The position numbers were made by a program, and so were the translations under genes. A DNA stretch of 61,756 nucleotides, filler included. It is 5 parts of 5 records of this genome, joined end to end, with 100 filler letters (N's around TTAATTAATTAA, not from the genome) between each part and the next. Parts side by side here need not be neighbours in the genome. Positions count along the whole stretch, not along the records: positions 36,701 to 42,529 come from SRR20825019_2704; positions 42,630 to 52,990 come from SRR20825019_2706; 3 more parts are not named here. One strand, given 5' to 3'. Shown piece by piece: positions 39,801 to 50,247 of this stretch; the stretch's first letter is position 1, and each line of letters begins with the position of its first letter. The notes beneath the pieces are model-generated. The model ran no database searches and was not told the origin of the DNA. It was given only the letters and a program-made list of their open reading frames with translations.

Positions 39801-42529
39801 CAGCCTTGGTGTGCTCGTCACCCAAACACAAGTGGACGCAACACAGGTGGTCGCGACGACCATGGCACCGATTGAGAGAGTAAGTCTACCAGGCGCTACC
39901 TCAAGGATTGTGCGACTGGCAGCTGGAGACACAGAGCTGAGGACCCTCCCATTGTTTGTGTACGGTGCTGGAAGCAGTGCCCTGGAGGTGACCCAGAGCG
40001 GGTTCGACTGCTCCCTCGGGGGCTGCAGTGACTGGAGCGTCGCGCTGCGAACTGCGGGGTCATGCCAGCGGTGCGGCGGGAACACCGGCTTCTTCCGAGG
40101 TGGCCGCGCTGGCCTCAGCGATCAGTGTGAAACAGGTCTGTTCTGTGGTACCAATATCAGCCTGCGTGGTGGGTCAACAGATGTTGCCCAATGCGAAGCC
40201 CCTGCACTACTACCATCACCAACCGCCTACAGTGGTGTTGTGCGTGTCCTCGTCGACCCCACCACCCTCCGTGCCCGCACATCGCTGTGCACTGGATTCA
40301 GTGCGACTATGTATACAACCCCAACGTCGTCAACGTCCAGCGTGCCTGTCTTCCCCCTCCTCGGCAACAACGGCACTGGCTTCCGCACCCTGCTCACCGC
40401 ACCCAGCACTCTCTCGGCCACTGACGCAGCCACATACGCCGCCCAGCGTTCTGGACTGCCTGCCGCCTCGCTTACAACCCTCTTCACCCTCGGCCCCTTT
40501 GGCAGTCAGGTAACGGCTCTATATGCCTCCACCCTCGGGGCAACGCCGCAGACGACAATGCATGTGAACACGACGCTAGCGTGCGTTGTGGACCACAGTG
40601 CGGGTGAGTCTGCCAAGTGCGCATTCCCTGTGCCCCGAAACTCGCTGAAAATGCGCGTGCTGGTTGCCCAGAATGATTTTGCACTCGACGCCAACCAACT
40701 CTCCGTCACCGTCCTCTCAGGGTCCACCGTACGTGCATCCACTCGATGTGGAGGTTCCCAGCGGTTTGGACGGGAGTCTGGTGCCCAACAGCTCTGCTCC
40801 GACTACCGCGTGTGCACGGACCAGTATCTCTATGACAACGATGATGACGCATCCACCGCGATGGATGGGTATGTGACGGTGGAGGTGCCGTCCCACATCC
40901 GACCAAGGGGGTGTAACTTCACCGCCTCAATTATTGTCGAGTTTACCCGGCCGGCTGTTGTCGTCCCGTACTCGTGCTCAACGTATGAGTGTGCTGGTGA
41001 GCGTAAATGCCTTCCCTTCAGTGCAGTGTGCGACTCTGTGCAGGACTGTGTCAGCAATGTCGATGAGGAGTGGTGTAGTCCATGGCGGCCCCTAGATGCG
41101 GGGTCGGCATTCTGCGTTCCCAGTGAGTATACCACCAACTACACGGATCAGTCATACACTGACTGCCGACGTCTTGCAGCCATCAACAGCTCCTCCGTAT
41201 TTGCTCTGATCGGTACCAAATGTGTAGTTTATAGCTCTTCCATCTCGTCAGCCCTTCTCTCGTCGCCAACAGAATACATATGCCCGGTAGATGGGGCTAC
41301 TGTTCATGTTCGACTTGCAGCTGAGGCCTTGTCATCCTTTTCACTGTGTACCTCCTCGATTCAATGCGGTGGTAATGGAAGGGCGCTGTCGAACACCAGC
41401 GGTGGGCTGTGCACATGCACCTGCTCCGATGGATACACCGGTACCACATGCTCCGAGCGGATGAGCCTCTCTAATATTAAGACCCTCGTCGTGGCCCTCA
41501 TGACGCCCCCCAACATGTCTCTCCAGGTGAACCTTGCATCCCTTGGCGACGCCCTCGCACTCAACTCGACCGTGGTGACGGTTGCATGCAACCAGGTGCT
41601 CCCCTCGTCCCTCTCCCCGGTGGAGGTGTATGTTGAGTGTAGTGTTGCATCCACCGACGGTGTCTCCACTGAAGAATACCTCCACCAGCGTCGTCTCCTG
41701 TCCCCTACAGTATGGACGATGGTGACGGGCGAGCTGAGTGTGAATGGTGCCCCGGGAATTCACTTCATCACCGCACGGACATCCATGCAGCCCATATTAC
41801 CCGTAAGCGATTGTATTGGCGCCTCCTGTGTAAGCAGCCGTCCATCCACTGGCCTTAGAATTGTTTCCGTTGCCGCAACTGCCCTCGAATCTACTGCTCT
41901 GATTATCGGCGACTCGACAGTCAGTTCTCAACGTGGCCAGCGTCGTTCAGTGTCGTGTACCCTTGCATCAACCGACGTTGGGGGCGGGTGTGTCTCATCT
42001 GCCTGTGACATCGTACTCCCCACTGAGGCCCGTACTAACTTCACCATCAACTCCACTGTATTTGCTGCCTCCGACGTGACCACTGGATCATGCACCTCGA
42101 CGGGCATCACGCTCAGCTCCCATGAAGCCTATGGGGACATAGCCACCTCCACCAACGATACAGTTGACAACACCGAGACCGACTACACCGGGTTCCTTGT
42201 GGGCTCCATAACTCTTTTCCTAGTGGGATGGCTGATCTTTGGCGTTGTATGTGCTGTGTTCTGGTGCCTGTATCGGCGGCGCTTGGGTACCTTCACCGGC
42301 CTTGTCGACAACACCCGTATGACGCCCACCGAGAACATCAAGACGAAGCTGCTAGGCCACCTTGCATACATTCGCCACTCGGCCGAAATGAAGAAAATCC
42401 GCCTTGACCGTGTAGGACTCTTGTTCGCCGTGATGTCTCTGCTGAGCGCCGTAGCAGCCTGCACACTCACCATCTACTACACAACTGCCTACAACCGCAA
42501 CAGTAACTTCAGTGTCATGTACGAGGAGT
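36844..42529 (+). CDS. Large eukaryotic mosaic surface/membrane protein, 3'-truncated
   Basis: Intronless ORF of about 1895 codons: signal/anchor, beta-helix-like repeats, T/H/P linker, Cys modules, LDLa (40975-41076), EGF-like (41347-41451) and two TM segments. Confidence 0.85.
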
Positions 42530-42629
42530 NNNNNNNNNNNNNNNNNNNNNNNNNNNNNNNNNNNNNNNNNNNNTTAATTAATTAANNNNNNNNNNNNNNN
42601 NNNNNNNNNNNNNNNNNNNNNNNNNNNNN
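42530..42629. other. Artificial contig linker
   Basis: N44-TTAATTAATTAA-N44. Confidence 0.98.
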
Positions 42630-42654
42630 TTGGTTGTTTGTTTGTATGATCCAG

Positions 42655-44463
42655 TGAATGACTACATCAAAGCCACACGCCTGTTCAAGGTAGCGTATGA
42701 CAGGTAGCGGGGGCTGTGGTGGACCTAACACTCCCGCTCCAGGATGCACCCAAGTGGATTGCCATCAACAGGCCGGCCCCAGCCAACCCGTACCGCGCCG
42801 AGTACATCAAGAGCGTTGACGCCGACGCTGTTCAGGCCGGAGGTATGGGGCAGTTGGCGTTGGCCAAGGGAGGGGGGCGAGGCCGCTGACCGATAACTAG
42901 ACGAGGATGATCTTGCCGTTGCCAAGTTCCAGGAGTATCTGCGCATCAAGACGGTTGAGCCGGATGCGGACTATGCCGGCTGCACAAAGTTCCTCAAGGG
43001 CTATGCCGACGAGCTCGGCCTCGGCTTCCAAAAGTTCGAGTTCATCAAGGACAAGGATGTTGTCCTGATGAAGTGGGAGGGCCGTGATCAGTCCTTGCAG
43101 TCAATTGTGCTCAATTCTCATACCGACGTCGTGCCAGTGATCCCGGTTAGTGCGGGTGCTTTGCTGCTTTTCGGGTGGGCGACCTGATGTGTTGGCCATG
43201 CAGGAAAAGTGGACCAAGCCGGCATGGGAGGGCTACCGCGCCCAGAACGGAAACATGTAGGGATCGTTAGTCGGCGTTGCGCGCGTCGTGGTTCACACCT
43301 ATCGCAGATACGGCCGCGGGACCCAGGACATGAAGTGTGTCACCATCCAGTACCTTGAGGCCGTCCGCCGCCTGAAGAAGAGCGGCTTCGCTCCTCTCCG
43401 TACCATCTATCTCCTCATGGTTCCAGGTAATCCTACGACCTCACCCGCGGGCTGTCTCTCGGCTTTGACCCGCGCATCACAGACGAAGAACGCGGCGGCG
43501 TGCTTGGCATGCGGGAATTCATCAAGTCGCAGCATTTCAAGGATCTGAACGCTGCCCTCTTCCTTGACGAGGGTTTGGCTAACCCCAGCGATGCCTACAC
43601 CGTGTTCTACGGCGAGCGCTCGCCCTGGTGTATGTTGAGACTCTCCAGGTGTTGTGGATGGTCTCTAACCGCAGTCGCAGGGCTCAAGGTCCGTGCCACG
43701 GGTCCCACGGGTCATGGCTCGCGATTTGTGAAGGATACCGCCCTGGAGAAGCTCATGCGCGTTATCAACAGGCTGTTGGAGTATAGAGCACAGCAGGAGA
43801 AGCTTTATGAGGAGGGTTGCTGTGTCGGCAAGACCCTGGGCGATGTGACGACTGTCAACCTGACGGCGCTCAAGGCGGGAGTAAGCGTGGACGGGGGGCA
43901 GACTTTCCAGCTTAACGTGATTCCTACCGAAGCCGAGTGCGGATTTGACATCCGCGTGTGCCCCCGCATTGATGAAGACGAGTTTGCTCGGCAGCTCACG
44001 GGGTGGATCACCTGCGAGGAAGGTCTCTCGTACGAGTGGGTCAACGAGAGCGGCCCGGACAACAAGAGCCAGCTGACATCGCTCGACGAAAAGGAGAATG
44101 TGTGGTGGAAGGTGTTCAAAGGAACATGTGACGGGATGTAAGTTGTCCGACCTGCGAGACCCCTCGACGAGTTTTTTAAACTTGCAATGCAGGCGTGCCA
44201 AACTCAGGACGGAGATCTTCCCCGCTGCTACCGACAGTCGCTTCATCCGCTCTCTAGGTATTCCGGCCTTTGGGTTCTCGCCGATGAACAACACGCCCAT
44301 CCTGCTCCACGACCATGACGAGGTGAGTACATGCTTGCCAATACGGAAAGGCGGAGTAGTGACGGTGTGCCCGTGCCAGTTTTTGAACGACAAGGTGTTC
44401 GCAAAGGGAGTCCAAGTTTATGAAAAGCTCATCCCCGACCTGGCCAATGTTGCCAAGTTCTAG
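42655..44463 (+). CDS. ACY1: Aminoacylase-1 (peptidase M20), spliced, 5'-incomplete
   Basis: Exons 42655-42689, 42743-42842, 42901-43145, 43204-43256, 43308-43426, 43483-43629, 43681-44137, 44193-44322, 44380-44463, all GT-AG and phase-consistent; [28 protein letters not shown] and LLHDHDE motifs. Confidence 0.9.
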
Positions 44464-44560
44464 GCTGTCGCGCTCGTGGAGTACTCTCACCACAGTCGCT
44501 GATTAAAAGAAAATCATTTTGGCAGCGCCGTTGTTCACGCAGGTTCTCGGTGTGGGAGCA

Positions 44561-47500
44561 CTAGCAGGGCACAAGGCTGCAGTCCTGGTCATCCATGCCG
44601 TACTCGAGCGGCCAGGTGCTACTCTTGGGGGCAGGTGTCTTGTCCACAGGTGGGGGTGCATCGCTTTGCGGTGGCACCAGAGCAAAGTCTCCGCTGACGT
44701 GGAGCTTGCGCTTGTGCATGACACGGCCCAACTTCCTTTTGGTCTTATGGTTGCGGTGGCTGTGCTGCTTGATCTTGCGGTGATTCAGCGGCTGCAGGGG
44801 CCGCGCGTTGCCGCCGGACATCAAGAGCCGGGCGTGGTCCAGATCGCTCTGCGACACGGAGCCCGGGTTCTTCAGGACGATGTTCTGGACATTCTCCACA
44901 CACGGCGGAGTGGATATGGAGCCATCGTACATGTAGTAGTCAAGGTTCTCGGGGAGAAGCTCCGTGGGATCAATGCTCAGCCCCGGGATGGAGCGACCGT
45001 CCGGCCGAATATAGCTGAAGAACTTTTCCATTTCGGGGTTGGGATCGCCGACCTGCAAGGGGATGGAGACTATGGCACGCGACGACGAGTCCCCGACTCC
45101 CTCGTGGACCAGGTGGATCTCCATGTCGGCGGCCTTGCCGTCGATCGTGTGTTCTGAGGGCCAGTGGAAGTGAATGTTGACAAGGTTGTAGGAGAAGGCA
45201 CCGATTACCAGCGATCCCGGCTCGCAGCACGTATCCTTGTCCCCTGCTCCCCCAAAGTTGACCTGCACGGTCCAGCCCGTGAACATGGCCTCGGCCCGCG
45301 AGGCATTGTAGAATATCCCAAGATCGCTCAGCGACGCGTCCTCCACGGCCGCCACGGACGATATCGCGATTGGGCTCTGGTGGCGCCCATGTTTGCACAG
45401 GGTGCCGACCACCTCCCACCTCGATGGCCCGATGGTGGTTTTCTCGTCGTATCCCCACCTCAGCGGAACGAGCTTGCTCACCTTGGTCATATCCGAGGTC
45501 TTGGCCCCGACAGGCACGACCTTCTCCTCCTTCTCGCACTCCTTACCGGTGTAGCCAGGCTTGCACAGGCAAGACTTGCAGCCGTGGTAGAAGGTCATGC
45601 GGCCGCCATTCTTGCAGTTGAGCTGGCATTTGCCGCAGTCAATTCCACTCCAGCTCTCCTTGCACTTGCACGTGCACGTGCTGTGATCCATGACGCTTCC
45701 GTTCTTGCACTGGGAGGCGTCGCACTTGTCACACAGCTTCCCTCCCCAGTTCGGGTCGCACTTGCATCGACATCCCTTCGACTTGTCGATCTTTCCATGC
45801 TTGCACTTGAGCTTGCAGCTGCTGCAGTCGCTCCCTGAGAATCCCAGCTTGCACACGCACTTGCACTGCACCGAATCCCTCACCCCAAAGTCGCCGCAAT
45901 CCAGCAGGCACTCCGCGCACTCGTCTCCACTCCACGGAGGGACGCATCCGCACGAGCACGTATCCTTGTTTAGCACCCCGCCATTGCGACACACTAGCGG
46001 GCACACCGAGCAGTCAGAAGACGTCCAGGGATTCTGGCAGTTGCAGAGGCACGAGTCGGAGTTGCGGACACCGCCGTGCATGCAGACCAGCTGGCAGGCC
46101 TGGCACTCGTCGCCACTCCACGGTTTGGCGCATTTGCAGGTGCACGACTTCTTATCAAGCACCCCGCCATTGCGGCACTGCAGGGTGCATTGGTTGCAAT
46201 CCTCCCCTAGCCACGGTGCCTGGCAGTTGCACATGCAATACTTGGCGTCCAGGGTGCCGCCGTTCCTACAGGTCAGGTTGCAAGCCTCGCAGGCCTGACC
46301 TCCCCACGGAGCCTTGCAATTGCAGGCACAAGAACCAGGCATGAGGTTGGTGCCGCCATGCATGCACTGCAGGGCGCATTCTTCGCACTGGTTCCCTTCC
46401 CAGTTAGGAAGGCACTTGCACGTGCATGAATCCGGGTCCATCTGGCCGCCATTCTGGCACTTAGTCTTGGGGCATTCGTCGCACTCCTTGCCCGTGTACG
46501 GCGCCGGGCACTTGCATTGGCATTGCTTCTGGTCGAGAGTGCCGCCGTGCTTGCATGTCTCGATCCCGCATTCATCGCATTCTGTGCCCGTCCACGGGTG
46601 GTCGCACAAGCACTCGCACTTGGTCGCATCCAGCTTGCCGTGCACGCAGCTCAGGCCGCATCTCTCGCAGCGACTGCCCTCCCACGCCCCCTTGCAGTCG
46701 CACTGGCAAGTGTCCCTCTGCATGGTGCCGTCGTGCATGCATTCGTCGGTGCAGTCATTGCACTCCTTGCCCTTCCACGCGTCGTTGCACTTGCATATGC
46801 AGAGCTCCTTGTCGAGCTTGGACCCGTTCTTGCACTCCAGCGCGCATTCGTCACACTTCTTCCCCTCCCATGTCCCCTCGCAGTTGCACTTGCACGACGC
46901 CGGCGAGTTCTCGACGTAACCGTCGTGCCGACAGCGGATGTTGCAGTCCTGGCAGGTCAGGCCGCTCCAGGAGTTTTGGCATTTGCACTTGCACTCCTTC
47001 TTATCGAGAACACCGCCATTGGCGCAGGTCACGTCACACTCGTTGCACGTGGGCCCGGACCAGTTTCCAGCGCACTTGCACGTGCAATCGCTGGCCTTGA
47101 CGGTCCCGCCATTAGCGCACTTGATGGTGCAGTCACGACACCCCACCCCGCTCCACGGCTCGGGGCAATCGCAGGTGCACGTTGTGGGGGCAACCTGGCC
47201 CTTGCCGCAGTCGATGGGGCAGTCATCGCAGTTGGGGCCGGTCCAGGGATCCTTACAAGCGCACTTGCAATCGCTCGTTTTTGAACCCCCGTTGCGGCAC
47301 CGGATTCCGCAAGTCTCGCAAGAGTCCCCCATCCAGTTATCCGGGCAGTCGCATGTGCATGAACCCTCGTCGATCATGCCCCCGTTCTGGCACGTGCGCG
47401 TGCAAGTCTCGCACGTCAGCCCCGACCATGGGTCCGGGCAGTTGCACTCGCACTCGTCCTTCTTCAGAGTCCCAGCGTTCTTGCATGAGATCGGACAAAC

Positions 47501-48472
47501 CCCGCAGCACTCGACACTGTTCAAGGAGCTCCCCTTCCCGATGATTCGATCCCCCTGGCTATGGGTTACCTCCATGCTGCGTACAAAGTACCCCTCCTTT
47601 TCACACTTGGTCCAGGGCTCGTCCGCGGACGTGGTCTCGCACTGGTACCAGCTGATGGGCATCTCGGCGACCCTGCAGCACTGGATCTGGTCGTTGACGA
47701 GGTAAAAGTTGGCAACGTAGTAACCCTTCCTGGAGCATGTCAGCGGCACAGGATCCCCAGGGCCCGCGAGGGCCGCGGCGTCCGAGTTCTTGACGTTCTC
47801 CATGTAGCAGTTGGCGTAGTGGCGGAGGTTGCCAATCACGTTGCAGCACTGGAACTCATTCATGGACTGCATGTCGCTCTTGTCGTCGAGCTGAAATCCC
47901 ACCAGCAAAGCCCCTGGGGCCTCACAGCCCGGTGGGACCTTCCTTTCCAGCTGGCGATCCAGTATGGTGTTCTCACACCCCTCCCATCCGTAAGGCGAGT
48001 CGTTTTTCACTACATGTTCGGTCGAGGCGAGGTCCTTGAAGGTGTACCCCAGCTCCAGCTTCCCCCCAGAAACCTTGCACAGCGGCTTGATCTCTGCTAT
48101 GCCATGAGTGGACGAAGGGGCGGTTATGCGAAACGAACACGCATCGGAGCCATCGGCCATCTTTTTCAGCTGGCTTATAGACTGTGGGCACTTGAACCCC
48201 CCCGCCCGGTCCCTGTCCGCAGTGTCGATCTTTATAACGACTGCGTTAAACTGCTCGTTCAAGGTCGTGGGAAACACCTTACGGTATTCATTGCACTGTA
48301 TTTTCGCTGCGGCCGGCACGGCTACCTTTGGGAAGGTGCAGGTATGGCCACCATCCCCGTTGGTTTGTTCCATGAGCAGTGGGCACACCTGGCTCTCATC
48401 TCGTGAGGACCACACCAGGCCGGTCTGCACCAGCAATGCGAGAACAAGGAGAGCACGCTCCTTCCTCTGCAT
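44561..48472 (-). CDS. Secreted protein with 21 EGF-like repeats and a C-terminal alpha-carbonic anhydrase
   Basis: Signal peptide; tandem 6-Cys repeats; QSPIAI, IHFHW..EH, EIHLVH, YDGSISTPPC and NARPLQPLN motifs. Confidence 0.9.
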   Translation of the reverse strand: MQRKERALLVLALLVQTGLVWSSRDESQVCPLLMEQTNGDGGHTCTFPKVAVPAAAKIQCNEYRKVFPTTLNEQFNAVVIKIDTADRDRAGGFKCPQSISQLKKMADGSDACSFRITAPSSTHGIAEIKPLCKVSGGKLELGYTFKDLASTEHVVKNDSPYGWEGCENTILDRQLERKVPPGCEAPGALLVGFQLDDKSDMQSMNEFQCCNVIGNLRHYANCYMENVKNSDAAALAGPGDPVPLTCSRKGYYVANFYLVNDQIQCCRVAEMPISWYQCETTSADEPWTKCEKEGYFVRSMEVTHSQGDRIIGKGSSLNSVECCGVCPISCKNAGTLKKDECECNCPDPWSGLTCETCTRTCQNGGMIDEGSCTCDCPDNWMGDSCETCGIRCRNGGSKTSDCKCACKDPWTGPNCDDCPIDCGKGQVAPTTCTCDCPEPWSGVGCRDCTIKCANGGTVKASDCTCKCAGNWSGPTCNECDVTCANGGVLDKKECKCKCQNSWSGLTCQDCNIRCRHDGYVENSPASCKCNCEGTWEGKKCDECALECKNGSKLDKELCICKCNDAWKGKECNDCTDECMHDGTMQRDTCQCDCKGAWEGSRCERCGLSCVHGKLDATKCECLCDHPWTGTECDECGIETCKHGGTLDQKQCQCKCPAPYTGKECDECPKTKCQNGGQMDPDSCTCKCLPNWEGNQCEECALQCMHGGTNLMPGSCACNCKAPWGGQACEACNLTCRNGGTLDAKYCMCNCQAPWLGEDCNQCTLQCRNGGVLDKKSCTCKCAKPWSGDECQACQLVCMHGGVRNSDSCLCNCQNPWTSSDCSVCPLVCRNGGVLNKDTCSCGCVPPWSGDECAECLLDCGDFGVRDSVQCKCVCKLGFSGSDCSSCKLKCKHGKIDKSKGCRCKCDPNWGGKLCDKCDASQCKNGSVMDHSTCTCKCKESWSGIDCGKCQLNCKNGGRMTFYHGCKSCLCKPGYTGKECEKEEKVVPVGAKTSDMTKVSKLVPLRWGYDEKTTIGPSRWEVVGTLCKHGRHQSPIAISSVAAVEDASLSDLGIFYNASRAEAMFTGWTVQVNFGGAGDKDTCCEPGSLVIGAFSYNLVNIHFHWPSEHTIDGKAADMEIHLVHEGVGDSSSRAIVSIPLQVGDPNPEMEKFFSYIRPDGRSIPGLSIDPTELLPENLDYYMYDGSISTPPCVENVQNIVLKNPGSVSQSDLDHARLLMSGGNARPLQPLNHRKIKQHSHRNHKTKRKLGRVMHKRKLHVSGDFALVPPQSDAPPPVDKTPAPKSSTWPLEYGMDDQDCSLVPC
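45536..47497 (-). repeat. Tandem array of 21 EGF-like coding repeats of about 31 aa
   Basis: C-x3-C-x-(N/H)GG-x6-C-x-C-x-C-x3-W-x-G-x2-C, counted in the translation. Confidence 0.9.
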
Positions 48473-49265
48473 TGTGCGGCTTTATGTGCGGTAAATACAA
48501 ACGTCCGTGAGGACTCTTCACCCGAGAAATTGTCACTTATATTGCGCGCTTTGGCTCTGTGCACTCTTGCGCGGATCGCGGGTAACTGCCGTCTGGGAGG
48601 TGTTCCTCCTTTCCACGACACAGGACCGGCCGTGCGGGGGGAGGGGGCGTTCGGATCGGTGGCCGGTCGCAGGGTCGCGGGCGGGCTAGGCCGGCGCGCG
48701 TTGGCAGCTGCACCAAGTGAGCTGCCCCTTTTCTGGCCCGCGGGTCACCGACTCACGGTTTTGAGCACGCAGACTAGTGTGCCCCAATCGTGACAATTTC
48801 TGCGTATCTTTGGTTGCATTTCAAATCTCGACATTACGAAATCGCTATATTGCGAAACAACTGGCAGGTGAGAATCGGCAACCAGTAGTTTCGAGAACAA
48901 CCAACAACGCAAGAACTGAGTGATGAGTCCAAAACCCGACCCGGCAGCCCCCCGGGGCCTGACCGGACGGCGTGGGGCACCGCACTCCGTCGAGCCGGCG
49001 GCGACCGGGCCGCCCGCCGCGCAGCCACCCCGCCGCCGGCACTCAGGCCGTGGCTCCTATGACTCGTGGGGCGGGCGGCCGCGCCCGGACCTGGCAGTGG
49101 CCGGTGACCCCACTCATGCGTCACGGGTGACCACCGGCCGTGCTGGTCAGGTTGGCCGAGTGTCACCGAGTGCCGCGCCCACTCATTGAGGGCCAACCCT
49201 CTCTGTGTGGTTCGTTTTATATAGTAGGTGTCACCGGCAAAAAGACCAAAGCCGCCTTTGACAGT

Positions 49266-50082
49266 ATGACTCAGTACGGTAAAGTTGAGTATTGGGAGGA
49301 CCGCTACACCCGGTAGGTGGCATTGGGTTTGTGACAGCGAACACTCTAATGGTTTATACAGCGACCCTGAGCCGTTCGATTGGTATCAGAGGTACTCTGG
49401 TTTACGGTCCACGCTGTCTCAGTATATCACAAAGGATATGAATATCCTCAATATTGGGTGCGGAAACTCTCGTATGTGTTACTCTCGTGTGTTGCCGTGC
49501 TGCTGTTGACCGTGAGCAGGCCTGAGCGAGGACATGTTTGATGACGGATACACTAACATTGACAACATTGATATTTCTCGTACTGTTATCACGGCGATGC
49601 AGGAGAAATTTGCCGATAAGGGCATGACGTTCGACTGCATGGACGTCAGGAAGCTGACGTATGCAGATCGGTCATACCATGCTGTCCTAGACAAGGGTAC
49701 CCTGGACTCGGTCTTGGTGGGTTTGGTGTGAAACCAGCGCCTAACCCAACTGATGAGAGTTTGTAGTGCGGAGAGAACTCGACCGAGAACGTGGACAAGA
49801 TGTTGTCCGAGGTTGCTCGTGTTTTGTCCGACTCGGGTGTTTATGTGCTTATCTCATATGGAACCCCCGACACTAGGCTGAACTTTCTGGAGAAACCCGA
49901 GTACGGTTGGACCGTAAACATCCACACCATTGGTGAGTTTGGTCTCGTGGCGCTTTTACTTGAGTTGACGTGACTCGGCTGCAGCCAAACCCAGCGTAGG
50001 AACGCAGCCGGTCTCTGAGGACATGGAGAACAGCGCACACTACTTCTACGCTTGCATGAAGGGCGGAAAGGGCTACCGCTAA
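49266..50082 (+). CDS. Class I SAM-dependent methyltransferase, EEF1AKMT4/METTL13-N-like, spliced
   Basis: Exons 49266-49312, 49362-49471, 49520-49716, 49767-49932, 49985-50082; YWEDRY, FDWY, IGCGNSRLSEDM and DKGTLD motifs. Confidence 0.88.
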
Positions 50083-50247
50083 GCATATGTTCTGTGCTCA
50101 GACGCAGTTTATTGGTCTTTGCGAAGGTGTTGGTCTAATGACACAACCGGCACGGTAAGGGGCGGCCCATATGGCCGAGTCAAGGTTCGCTTGATGGGGC
50201 CATGTGCCAGCGAATAAATGAACCAAGAAATATGAGCACGGTGCTGG

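Noticed and set aside
45536-47497. Periodicity of about 93 bp as a possible CRISPR or satellite array
   Set aside because: The repeats are degenerate at DNA level and conserved at protein level within one ORF; no cas genes are present
45690-47705. His/Ser/Leu-rich repetitive plus-strand ORFs
   Set aside because: They are antisense readings of the Cys-rich EGF repeat array
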